Below are positions 49,050 to 60,605 of a stretch of 64,000 nucleotides of DNA, piece after piece. The stretch covers positions 22,320,001 through 22,384,000 of the forward strand of contig CM059441.1 of NCBI GenBank assembly GCA_030390025.1, in the 5' to 3' direction. Source of the stretch: Squalus acanthias. Lineage: Eukaryota. Every line of letters starts with the position of its first letter. Within the stretch, counting starts at the first letter, position 1. The notes under the pieces are model-generated. The model made no database searches and had not been told where the DNA came from. It saw only the letters and a program-made list of their open reading frames with translations. The position numbers were made by a program, and so were the translations under genes.

Positions 49050-49484
49050 AGAAAGAAAGCAAGACTTGCATTTTTATAGCGCCTTTCACAACCACCGGAC
49101 GTCCCAAAGCACTTCAGTCAATGAAGTACTTTTTGAAGTACAGTCACTGTTGTAATGTAGGAAAAGCAGCAGCCAATTTGCGCACAGCAAGCTCCCACAA
49201 ACAGCAATGTGATGATCTGTTTTTGTTATGTTGATTGAGGCAAAATTATTGGCCAGGACACCAGGGGTAACTCCCCTGCACTTCTTCAAAATAGTGCCAT
49301 GGGTTCTTTTGCGTCCACCCGAGAGGGCAGACGGGATCTCAGTTTAACGTCTCATCCAAAAGACTGCACCTCCTGAAGGAGTGTCAGCCTAGATTTTTGT
49401 GCTCCGGTCTCTGGAGTGGGACTTGAACCCACAACCATTCTGACTCCGAGGCGAGGGTGCTACCCACTGAGCCACGGCTGACAC
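49050..49484 (-). mobile_element. Near full-length DeuSINE
   Basis: Head cccactgagccacggctgacac. Confidence 0.9.
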
Positions 49485-49924
49485 TTGGATTTACTCCGGG
49501 TCTCTCCACCTGGTGGGGACTGGGGTTCAGAACCAAAATCAACTCTATACATAGCAGACTCGGTAATGCAATGTCCAAACCCGGCAGGCCGGCAATGCTC
49601 CATGGCACCCTTGAGGATTGAACAACCACCTTGGCTCACTGATGGGACCTAGAGGAGTAGGCCCACCACTGGGAGCTGCAAACCTTCCCACTTGAGTCCA
49701 GTTAAGCCTGCAATCCAATGACCCAATGGGCAAGGTTGGATAAGCAGTGGGAAGCTTCTGTGCTGGTAAGTTGCATGGTCCTAAGCTGGTTTAACTCCAG
49801 CAGTATCCCTGCACAAACTTGGGATTCATTGAGCCTTGACTCTGCCAGTCAATGCTTAAGCTGTCTGGCCTTAAATTGGTGGAGCGCGTCCCCATCACAG
49901 TGAGAGATTGCACAAACGGACCGC

Positions 49925-50385
49925 TAGAATCATGCAATTTTACAGCATAGAAAGGGGCCATTTGGCCCATTATGCCTGTACTGGCTCTCTGAAAGAGCTG
50001 TCCACATAGTCCTATTCCCTTGCTTTTTCCCTACATCCGTTAACATTTTTATTTTCTCTTTTAAAAAGCTATTATAAATTCTGCTTCCACCACTGTTTCT
50101 GGTAGAGCATTTCAAATCCTAGCAACCCTGTGTAACATCTCCTTCCATTCTTGTGGCGATGATCTTAAACTTGTGCTCTCTTTTACTGGCTCACTGACCA
50201 GTCGAGAGAGGGTTTTTTTTCCTCATTTACCTTGCCGAGCCGTTCAGAATCTTGAACATCTGTATTAATCTTTTCTTAACCACCATTGTTGTGATTGAAA
50301 AGAGCCCCAATTTCTATAATCTGCCTCATAACTGAAGCATCTCATCCCTAGTATCGCTTTAATGAATCTTCCCTTTGCCTGCGCT
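49925..50385 (-). mobile_element. Old CR1 3' fragment
   Basis: acagcatagaaaggggccatttggccc tail; tgcttccaccactg..ctcataactgaagcatctcatccct. Confidence 0.7.
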
Positions 50386-50799
50386 GGAGAATCTTAAACA
50401 CGGTGCTGGGTTTCAGCATGTGTTGAGACACCGTCTGACTCCACTTACAAAAAAGAATTCCCTCAATGCTATGAATTCAAAATCATCACCTTCACCTACA
50501 AATGCTTTCACTGCCTTGCCGTACTCTGTCTTTTGCAATGTTCTCCTCCAACCCTGCGCGACAGCATTGGCCCTCCACTCTTCTGATTCCAGTTTTCCTT
50601 GCAACCTTCCACCTCCTTCACGCCCCCCCCCTCCTCCCCCCACGGCACCAAAAAGCCATCTCTTCAGCCGTGCCTTCTGTCCCCATCGCTTGATTCTTCT
50701 ACTACTGCTCGCCGTCCATTTTTTCCTCTGTCATCTACCTTGGAACGTTTGCTAAGATGAAGACTTTATATATAACTGTAAGTTGCTGCTGCCTTTCTG

Positions 50800-50980
50800 C
50801 CGCGCTCCCTCCTTCTTTAAGACGCTGCTTAAAACCAACTCTTTGACCAAGCTTTTGGTCACCTGTCCTAATATCTCCGTATGTGGCTCGGTGTCAAATT
50901 TTGTTTGATAATCGCTCCTGTGAAGCACCTTTGGGTGTTCAACTACGTTAAAGGTGCTATATAAATGTAAGTTGTTAATT
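50800..50980 (+). mobile_element. L2 3' tail
   Basis: ctttaagacgctgcttaaaacc..tgtggctcggtgtcaaatt..ggtgctatataaatgtaagttgtt. Confidence 0.85.
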
Positions 50981-51164
50981 GTAATATTTGTGGGTGGAAC
51001 AACTGAAGGACAGAGACGCGATGAGCTGCTAGACAAGGTGCTTGTTTACTAGGCTAGAGCGAACTGAGCATGCTCCTACTAAACCATGTGATAATACATT
51101 ACATTAATGACACTGGATTTAACATTGGAAGCTGTAGAGTCGGGTCTGAGCATACAGTTCTGTG

Positions 51165-51437
51165 TTTTAATCCTGATTATAATCGCTCCACCATTGGCGG
51201 CCGTGCTTTCAGCTGCCTGGGCCCTAAGCTCTGGAATTCCCTCCCTCAACCTCTCCGCCTCTCCATCTCTCCTTTTAAGACGCTCCTTAAAACCTACCTC
51301 TTTGACCAAGCTTTGGTTATCTGTCCTAGTATCTCCTTATGTGGCTCGTTTTCAAATTTTGTTTGATAATCGCTCCTGTGAAGCACCTTGGGATGCTTTA
51401 TTAGGTTAAAGGCGCTATATAAATGCAAGTTGTTATT
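51165..51437 (+). mobile_element. L2 3' end
   Basis: PDYNRSTIGGRAFSCLGPKLWNSLP..FKTLLKTYLFDQA plus tail. Confidence 0.9.
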
Positions 51438-52867
51438 TTAGGCTGAAGTGTAACCTTCCCCTCTTTCCCTGAGGCACATTCCATCTACAGGTGGGGAGGA
51501 GGAAAAACGTTTCCCATCCATTTTAAAATCATCTTAACAATGACCTTGTCTTACTCTGCCTCTGTCGCTTGCCTGCCTGTCAGATTAAGCCTGTATCTCC
51601 TGTTGTCCCAGCATTTGGAAAGAGCTTGGCTCAGTTCTGGTCCCTCCTCGCACCCACCCATCTCCCCACTCCGCAGCTTCCTGGCCGAGATTGTGAACTC
51701 GCCATGGAGATCTATGAGCTTACCAAGACTAGACCAAATTCTCCATCGTGGATTTAAACACCACATCAATCCTGCCTGTTAGAATGAGGATTTTTTTTCC
51801 CCCTGAGAGTTTCGTGCAAAGGGCTGTTTGTACTGAAAACATTTTAGGAGATAATAGATTCCTCTTCACGATTCATCGTCGCAACGGTTCTGCAAGGGAG
51901 GCTGAAAAACACAGCCACCATTTTGTGACTTGGGTGCTTTCAATCTTGCGGACTATAAATCTGTTGCTGTTTATAAAGGGTGGATGTGTGTGTGTGTGTG
52001 TGTTTGTGTTTGCTTTTAAACAACATCCCTTGCCAGCCTAAATCTTTTTGCTGATCTATCAGGAAAATGCGCACCCATTGTAACTCGTTGAAACAGGCAC
52101 CACTCATTTGGAAATATTGGAACCGCAGTGCAGACCGTAAAGAGGTTATTCTCGGGGAGCTGGGGCAGATTCTGTAATGGAGTTAGCAGCTTCTGATGGA
52201 CTCTGTTCTGATGAAATGATTTCACCGCCTCCGGCTCCTCTCAATTCCGCAGACGTCCAGCTATTTGAACTCCCATTTTTCCCCATTAGATAAAAGTGAG
52301 CACAGTCGACCAGGAACGTGAGTCAGTGTGTGTCTCTCTCTCTCTCTCTCTCTTCAATTTGCTCCTCTGCAGCCGAAGATTGGCTGGCTGCTCTTCTAAA
52401 GAGTGCGAGGCTTTCAGAGTATTGATGAGTTTCTTACTGAGTGCACAGAACAGATCCTCTGTTTCAGTCCATTTCTGAAGACCATCCTTTTTTTTTCTTG
52501 CTTCCCTGACAATGCCCGATTGTCCCGCGCTGAATGGAAGTTCTGGGTATGAGAGAGAAACCATTGTGTTTTCTTGCCAAATTCCTCTCTCCTGCTCTTT
52601 GTTTGTTTTGTTTGGTGCTCACAAAGGATTGATAGCATATTGTCAACCCTGAGCTTTCATTACAAAGCTCGTATGTTGGGCACAGTGACCATATTATCTC
52701 TAATATGGTCACCAGTACCTTATTTCTTGGAGTAGGGGCCTTGAATTCTAGGCTCCATTTGTCTCTCAGGATTCATTAAGTCTGAGCTTCAAACAGTCCC
52801 AGATCATCAACTCATTTTTAAGTCCCAACTGGCTCATTTGGGGGGGAAAAAAGCTTGGATTTATATA

Positions 52868-53342
52868 CAACAACAACTTGTATTTATATAGCGCCTTTAA
52901 CATAGTAAAACGTCCCACGGTGCTTCACAGGAGTATTTTAAGACAAAAAATGTGATACCGAGCCACATAAGGAGATATTAGGACAAGTGACCAGAAGCTT
53001 GGTCAAAGAGGTAGGTTTTAAGGAGCGTCTTAAAGGAGGAGAGAGAGAGGTAGCGAGGTGGAGAGGTTTAGGCAGGGAATTCCCGAGCTTAGGACCTAGG
53101 CAACAGAAGGCACAGCCACCAATGGTTGAGTGATTATAATCAGGGATGCTCAAAAGGGCAGAATTAGAGGAGCGCAGATATCTCGGGGGCGGGGGTGTTG
53201 TGGGGCTGAAGGAGATTAGAGATGGGAAGGGGCGAGGCCATGGAGGGATGTAAAAACAAGGATGAGAATTTTGAAATTGAGGCGCTGCTTAACCGGGAGC
53301 CAGTGTAGGTCAGCGAGCACAGGGGTGATGGGCGAACGGGAT
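52868..53342 (-). mobile_element. L2 3' end
   Basis: Reverse complement of the sequence at 57950-58420. Confidence 0.9.
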
Positions 53343-53364
53343 ATAGCAACTTATTCCATTTTTC

Positions 53365-53640
53365 CAAGTGTCTCAAAGCACTTTTTTTGTGTACCAAATC
53401 CGTGTTGTTATGTAAGCAACCACAGGAGCCATTTTGTGCACAGCAAGGCCCCACAAACAGCAATGAGGTGCATGGCCAGTTGGACTGTTTTTTGGCGCTG
53501 TTGGTTGACTAAGGAACGTTCGCTAGGTGCATGGGAGGGATCTTCCTGTCCATCTCTGAAAAGTGCCATGGGATCTTTAACGCCTGCCATAACAGGCAAA
53601 TGGGGCCTCGGTTTAATGTCTCATTCAAAGGATGGCGATA
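53365..53640 (-). mobile_element. Old DeuSINE fragment
   Basis: gcaaggccccacaaacagcaatgag..agtgccatgggatctttaac..ggggcctcggtttaatgtctc. Confidence 0.75.
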
Positions 53641-54529
53641 AACTAACTTAAACCCACTGCCCCTTCCTAAAGTTTGATGGTGTCAAATCTCACCCTTGGG
53701 ATGGGTTATTTTCTTTCCTGCTCACTATTGTCCTCACTGAACAAAATTCACAATGAAGCAGGGCTGAATTTTGTTTCTCCCCCAGCTTGATTGGAGGGAT
53801 GGAGTTTGATCTTGTAACACATTTGTGTGCACGCACATGGCAAATGCACGGACGCACACACAGACGGACGCTGCTCTCCTCACACGGGACTTTAGTTTAG
53901 CTTGCTGACATCTTCACAGACAACAGTCATTGTCATTTATCCATCAGCCAAGTGGCAGGTCTGATTAAACCATGCGGGGGGGGAGGGGTGAGAGCGAGGA
54001 CAGACTGGTGGCGGGACAGGGGGCGCTGATAATGCAGCGTTATGGAGCCATTTGCGGCAGTATTCGGGATATTTCCCACTTTCTAATGTGCCCCTGGGTG
54101 AGGGGAAGCTCCCTTACCCATGAGCTGAGCGATCATTGGCAAGGAAACCTTTTTTTCTTCAGCCACAAAGTACTATCTTTTTAGCAACGATTTTGACTAA
54201 CTGGTAACTTTATCCCAAGTTACGGGAAGATCGAAGAGGCAGATTGTACATTTAAGACCAGGAGATCCCAAGAGCTGAACGAGTTCTTCATGGCAAATCT
54301 ATTCTCTTGTTTGTACATTTGAGCTTCTTTGACTGTGTAAACATTTTTCCGCACTTAGCCTTGTCAACAGTTTCCTTGAGTTTCCCTGTACCTCTACTCA
54401 AGGAAGCTTGTTCTCAGTCATACTCCTGAGCACTCCTTCCCCTTGTTCCTAAGAGGGGGATAAAAAATCGAGTTATACAATTCTGAATTTTGGAAGGATT
54501 GAGGTTTATGTTCATCAAGGTGAAGGACG

Positions 54530-54795
54530 CAGAACTTGCAGCACAGAAACAGGCCATTTGGCCCAACTGGTCCGTGCCGGTGTTTATGCTCCACACGAGT
54601 TTCCTCCCATCCCTACTTAATCTAACCCCATCAGCATATCCTTCTATTCTCCCTCATGTACTTATCCAAGTTCCCCCTAAATGCATCTATGCTATTCGCC
54701 TCAACCACTCCCTGTGGTAGCGAGTTCCACATTCTCACCACTCTCTGGGTAAAGAGGTTTTCCCTGAATTCCTTGGATTTGTTGGTGACTATCGG
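54530..54795 (-). mobile_element. CR1 3' end
   Basis: FTQRVVRMWNSLPQGVVEANSIDAFRG. Confidence 0.88.
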
Positions 54796-55339
54796 TGTTA
54801 GCAAATACCATCTCATCTCCAGTGCCAACGCTGGGAATTTCCTTGGGTGGGGCGCATGGTGGGGTTTGTGGTTTCTCTCGGTCGGCTGCTGTGACTTTGT
54901 AAACCCTGGATACGCGTGTAAACGTGGCTTGACCGAGGCAGGCTAACTCTCTGTTCTCTCTGTTTCACCTGAACAGTGCACCTCCGTGCAGGCCTTGCTA
55001 TTACTACTGCACTAGTGTCACAGTTCCATCCCGCATGCAAGCTGCTGTTATCGCCTCTGTGAGGGAGATTGCTAATTACTGCAGAATCATGGGCGGCTTC
55101 GTGCTTTGGGCTCTTTCTCACGAGCAACTGGTTTGACATTGCCTAATTTCGTGTAGTGTTGCGGCAGCATAAAGAGAGAAGGTTTTGATGCCGTCACTCC
55201 GGGCTGGATTCACATTCGTTCCCTTTCAGTCTCTTGGCCATCACTACCGCCGCCTCCCTCATCTGGTGACGGAGCTCATTTTCAAGCTGATCTCCGGTTT
55301 TACATCATCCATGGAGAGAGAGAAATCTTACACTGTTGG

Positions 55340-55810
55340 AGAAAAGAAAAACTTGCATTTCTATAGCGCCTGTTCACGACCACCGGACGTCTCAAAACGG
55401 TTTACAGCCAATGAAGTACTTTTGAAGTGTAGTCCCTGTTGTAATGTAGGAAACGTGGCAGCCAATTTGCGCACAGCAAGGTCCCACAAACAGCAATGTG
55501 ATAATGACCAGATCATCTGTTTTTGTTATGTTTGTTGAGGGAGAAATATTGGCCCCAGGACACTGGGGATAACTCCCCTACTCTTCCTCGAAATAGTGCC
55601 ATGGGATCTTTTACATCCACCTGAGAGAGCAGACGGGGCCTCGGTTTAACGTCTCATCCGAAAGACAGCAGCTCCGACAGTGCAGCGCTCCCTCAGCACT
55701 GCACTGGAGTGTCAGCCTAGCTTTATGTGCTCAAGTCCCTGGAGTGAGACTGTGAACCCACAGCCTACAGACTCAGGCGAGTGTGCTACCCACTGAGCCA
55801 CAGCTGACAC
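55340..55810 (-). mobile_element. Full-length DeuSINE
   Basis: Colinear with 11905-12352. Confidence 0.92.
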
Positions 55811-56064
55811 TGTAGAGAGCATTCAACTACTTCTGTTGGATAGAACAGACCTCTGGTGCGCTCAGCTCTCCTCCCTCCCAACAGTTAGATGATTGTCACC
55901 CTGCCTACCACACCAACCTTGGAATTACTGTCCTTGTAACCTCACCTAGGAATGCTGTCGCCCTTCCACAACATGTTAAAGGATCCAACGCTAGCCCTTC
56001 CCTATAGTACGTCAAAATCAACAAGACAGACACACTGGCTGTGCTGCTTCAATAGCTTGGGGTG

Positions 56065-56295
56065 TGATTTAAGGTGATTGGCAGAAGAACCACAGCCGAC
56101 ATGAGGAAAAACATTTTTACGCAGCGAGTGGTTAGGATCTGGAAGGCACTGCCTGAAAGGTAGATTCAATTGTGACTTTCAAAAGGGAATTGGATAAGTA
56201 CCTGAAGGAAAAAAAATTGCAGGGCTACAGGGAAAGGGCGGGGGAGTGGGACTAGCTGTGAAGGCTTCCTTCTGTGCTGTAACCATTCTATGATT
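56065..56295 (+). mobile_element. CR1 3' end
   Basis: ttttacgcagcgagtggttaggatctggaa..ttcaaaagggaattggataag. Confidence 0.85.
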
Positions 56296-56584
56296 CGAGT
56301 TTGCATCTGTTTTGGAAATTGGTTCGGTGCTGTCGGGCTGCTATGCAAACTGCATTGTGATGGTGCTCTTGACACAAGACAAATATATTGGATTTGCAAT
56401 GATAATGTTCTAAAGGACAGATGGAGGCGACACTTCAGTTCTTGGAATCCTGGGCACATTGGCTCAAAGTCACATTAGAGTCTATGACCATCTGCATATA
56501 CTTGCGCCCACCAGGATGGTAGATGGCAAGCTAGATGGACATTGATCCTTCGTCTAGCTGTTCCTACTCGATGTTGGTTCGTGG

Positions 56585-57280
56585 CAGGGGAGTTCTCCCC
56601 GGTGTCCTGGGCCCATATTTCTCCCTCAACCAACATAACAAAAACAGATGACCTGGTCATTTTCCCATTGCTGTTTGTGGGAGCTTGCTGTGTGCAAATT
56701 GGCTGTCGCGTTTCCCACATTACAACAGTGACTACACTTCAAAAGTACTTCATTGGCTGTAAAGCGCTTTGGGACGTCCGGTGGTCGTGAAAGACGCTAT
56801 AGAAATGCAAATCTTTCAAGTCTGTCTGTCTTTTGGTTACTGGAATTAACTGCAATGCTTGTTCTTTTTAAGTATTCAATTTGATTTGATATCGTAATAA
56901 GATTTTTTGTGTTGGCCTGGGATCAGTTGGTAGCACTCTCGCCTCTGAGTCTGAAGGTTGTGGGTTCAAGCCTCACTCCAGGGACTTGAGCACATAAAGC
57001 TAGGCTGACACTCCAGTGCAGTACTGATGGAGTGCCGCACTGTCGGAGGTGCCGTCTTTCGGATGAGACGTTAAACCGAGGCCCCGTCTGCCCCCTCTTG
57101 GCGGGCGTGAAAGGTCCAATGGCACTATATCGAAGAAGAGCAGGTGAAGTTCTCACGGTCTCTTGGCAACCATTTAATTTCTCAACCAACATTGCCAAAG
57201 CAGATTACCGCTTTTATTTTTTATCTCGCTGCTGTTTGTGGGACCTTCCTGTGGGCCAATTGGCTGCTGCTTTTCTGTAA
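56585..57280 (+). mobile_element. Two partial DeuSINEs (3' half 56585-56820; 5' two-thirds 56910-57280)
   Basis: Each is colinear with the SINE consensus seen elsewhere in the window. Confidence 0.85.
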
Positions 57281-57481
57281 CCATCAAGCCTCCGTACTTC
57301 ATGCACTTGGGGAACTTCCTGATGAGTGCACGCTCATTGGCTCTTTCTATTGTGCTGGTTTGAACACCAGTTGCAATGTGGCGCAGTTACTAGTTTGAAG
57401 CTCCACAGTTTTTTTTGGAAAATGGGCGAGTAAAAGGGTTTTGCAGCCCAATGTCTTCCCTTGTTAGAGCCTGATGTTTAC

Positions 57482-57705
57482 TACAACAACAACTTGCATT
57501 TATATAGCACCCTTGACGTAGTAAAACATCCCAAGGGGCGTCACGGGAGCGATTATCAAACAAAATTCGACACTGAGCCACATAAGGAGATTTTAGGACA
57601 GGTTTAAAAAAAAAAGTAGATAAATTTTAAGCAGCGTTTTAAAGGAGGTGAGAGAGGCAGAGTGGTCAAGAGGTTTAGGGAGGGAATTCCAGAGCTTGGG
57701 CAGAA
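57482..57705 (-). mobile_element. L2 3' tail
   Basis: (aac)n-ttgcatttatatagcacc..gagggaattccagagc. Confidence 0.85.
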
Positions 57706-57851
57706 GTAGATCACAAAATCTCTGGTGGATAGTAAAAAGATGGGAACATATTCAAAACGGGCCCTTCATTCACTGGAGGCATTGATGGAAATATTAAAAA
57801 GTTCAAAATGGTCCGGAGATGTGGTGTGTTAAGGAGGACTGCGTTTCAGTT

Positions 57852-58420
57852 ATGACTATTCCAACGCACTCCTGGCCGGCCTCCCACATTCCACCCTACG
57901 TAAACTTGAGGTCATCCAAAACTCGGCTGCCCATGTCCTAACTCGCACCAAGTCCCGTTCACCCATCACCCCTGTGCTCGCTGACCTACATTGGCTCCCA
58001 GTTAAGCAACGCCTCGATTTCAAAATTCTCATCCTTGTTTTCAAATCCCTCCATGGCCTCGCCCCTTCCTATCTCTGTAATCTCCTTCAGCCCCACAACC
58101 ACCCGAGATCTCTGCGCTCCTCTAATTCTGCCCTCTTGAGCATCCCTCATTATAATCGCTCAACCTTTGGTGGCCATGCCTTCTATTGGTTAGGCCCCGA
58201 GCTCTGGAAATCCCTGCCTAAACCTGTCCGCCTCTCTACCTCTCTTTCCTCCTTTTAAGACGCTCCTTAAAACCTACCTCTTTGACCAAGTTTTTGGTCA
58301 CCTGCCCTAATTTCTCCATATGTGGCTCGGTGTCAAATTTCTTGTCTTGTAATACTCCTGTGAAGCGCCTTGGGACGTTTTACTACGTTAAAGGCGCTCT
58401 ATAAATACAAGTTGTTGTTG
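57852..58420 (+). mobile_element. L2 3' end
   Basis: DYSNALLAGLP..LEVIQNSAA..ITPVLADLHWLPVKQRLDFKILILVFK. Confidence 0.93.
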
Positions 58421-59229
58421 AATTCCATAATCTTGAACACAAATCAAGTTGTTTCAGCACTGAGAGAGTTAACAGTTGCCTTCAATTCTGTGCTTGCTGT
58501 TGACTCACACACAAGAGCTTAAATTAAAACTTGCATTAACTCGATCACAGATTAAATCCAGTCCGGCGGACAAAGAAATTTGTTGAAAGGAAACGAGATA
58601 TGATGAAATCCAAACAGGAGGCTTTGGGAAGGGAAGGAAAGAGATAAACCTGCCATGAAAGCAGGAATGACGGAGCAAACTGTATGCCATTGTCCCCTTG
58701 TCACATTTCCCTTTTGTTTGAGTTCTTTTGTCCAGGGGCCCATTGTTCCACTTCCTTTCGTTCACAGTTCTCTCCGTTCTCTTTCCATTACAGAATAGGT
58801 TCTGTTGTTTTACTGCCTTTTGTTTGACGCTCCTCTAACTGCCACTTTGCGTGGAGCTGTTTGACTTGTAGGTTGAATTATTTGAGTTACTTTTGTTTGC
58901 AGTGATATTGTTATCGCCAGAAATCTTTTTTTTTTTGCGCCCATCGATTTCCGCACCTACACACCGTTTGCTCGGAGGAAAAGAAATCACGTGGTTTCTG
59001 TCATCTGTCAAGCGATGAATCCAATATTCCCTTTTGTTGAGTGCAGAATGGGCTTGTGTGTTCCCAGCAAAAAAAAAAAAGAAATCCATTTCGCACTTAT
59101 TCTTGCGGACGGCCTCTCGCTTGCAGAAATATCAGCTCCAAAAGAATTCGGGTGATGCCTGTGGAGTTGGATAAAGAAGTGTTTTTGTTGTCTTGGATCT
59201 TGGGGTTTGTAGAAGAAAAAACCTGCCAC

Positions 59230-59620
59230 CTTTTTTTTTAGTTAGACCGCTCGAGAGATGGCGAAATACCTTTCCGATTAGTCGTCCTAAATGCGCGTGA
59301 CGGATGCCTTAAAGTATCGCCTCTTCTCCTTTCCTCTCTGTTCACACGGGGATACCTGTGACCAATGTCTCTCTTTCCCCCCCCCCCCCCACCCACCCAC
59401 CCCAGGTAAGCCTCCTGCGCGGCCTGCCTGCCTCCTCCCAATGCGCGGCCCATTCAAATGACTGCGCGGTATCTACAATGTAAAAGCCGGAGAGCGGCCT
59501 GCGCGGGGCCTCACAGGTGACTGCGCGGCTTAGCGGGAACATTGCACGTGTCACCCCCCTTCTCGGATTCCATGGTTTTGTTGACTTTGCCGTTTCAGGT
59601 GGATCGGGCAGGTGGACTAG
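59230..59620 (+). promoter_or_regulatory. CpG-enriched segment with consensus splice donor CAG|GTAAGC (59405/59406): candidate alternative upstream exon or promoter
   Basis: Visibly higher CpG density than the flanks; donor lies 309 nt upstream of the SoxD acceptor. Confidence 0.35.
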
Positions 59621-59715
59621 ATTTCATCTCAGGTTTGAGCTTAAGAGTGCGACCAAAATTGAACTGATGTTACAGCTTCTGCTTTATTTTGCTCCCCCCC
59701 CCCTTGTCCTGCAGA

Positions 59716-59940
59716 ATGTCCGCTCGACAACTGGCTTCTTGTTGCATGGAAGTGAATGGAGACATGATCATGGTCCATGATCAGGTGAAAGTGGAGGAGG
59801 TGGAGGAAGAGCGCAGCTGTTACGGATCTCACAGTGCTTTGTTTCCCAACAATCCTCATTCCGAGGGGCTTCAGATCAAAGTGGCACCGGGGCGCGAGAA
59901 CCCTGACCTTGAAAGGTCAGGGGTTGTGAAACAAACGCAT
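59716..59940 (+). CDS. SOX13: ATG-bearing coding exon (exon 59715-59940) of a SoxD-group HMG-box transcription factor; most likely SOX13, SOX5 not excluded
   Basis: Polypyrimidine acceptor ccccttgtcctgcag|A ATG; phase-0 donor CAT|GTAAGT. The 75 codons MSARQLASCCMEVNGDMIMVHDQVKVEEVEEE..FPNNPHSEGLQ.. match, from memory, SOX5 ([41 protein letters not shown]) and SOX13 (MSMRSPISAQLALDGVGTMVNCTIKSEEKKE) without gaps over the first ~30 residues; exon size and phase fit recalled SoxD exon 2. Family confidence ~0.85, paralog ~0.6. Confidence 0.8.
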
Positions 59941-60307
59941 GTAAGTTACAAACGTGAGTGCGTGGCCGAGAACTTGAGTTTTATCCTACTCAGGCTGACT
60001 TTTGTTCCCTCGTGAATGAATTTTGGTAAAAGTCCCAAAACGGTCCCAATGTTAGTTGAAGTTTGGACTGTTTCACGCAAGTGGTAGGCCAGGCATGACG
60101 TGTGGTGGCAGGCAGCTAAGAATCAATCAATGTTGTATTCAAATCAAACGTAAAAGGCGGGATGAAATATGTGCGTTGATACTTTCTCCCTCCCGGAGAT
60201 CTCGCGCAGACTTGAAGCAACTACTTAATTCACCATCACTGACTCCTAAATCAACTGGGGGTGAAATTCCTCTTACAGCACAGGCAGTGCATTAAATGGG
60301 AGTTCAA

Positions 60308-60605
60308 CATTACAAAGTATTTACAGCACAGAAACAGGACATTCGGTCCAACTGGTCTATGTCGCTGTTTATGCTCCGCACGAGCCTCCTCCCACCCCTC
60401 TTCATCTAAGCTTCTATTCCTTTCTCCCTCGTGCTTATCGAGCTTCCCCTTAAATGCATCTGTGCTATTCGCCTCAACCACTCCCTGTGGTAGCGAGTTC
60501 CACATTCTAACCACTCTCTGGGTAAAGAAGTTTCTCCTGAAATCCCTATTGGATTTATTAGTGACTATCTCATATTTATGGCCCCTAGTTCTGGTCTCAC
60601 CTGCA
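60308..60605 (-). mobile_element. CR1 3' end
   Basis: VRMWNSLPQGVVEANSTDAFKGKLDKH. Confidence 0.9.

Noticed and set aside
52168-52480. Short ORF MELAASDGLCSDEM.. and an acceptor-like (TC)n..ctgcag at ~52372
   Set aside because: The polypyrimidine tract is a microsatellite; no matching donor and no recognisable protein.
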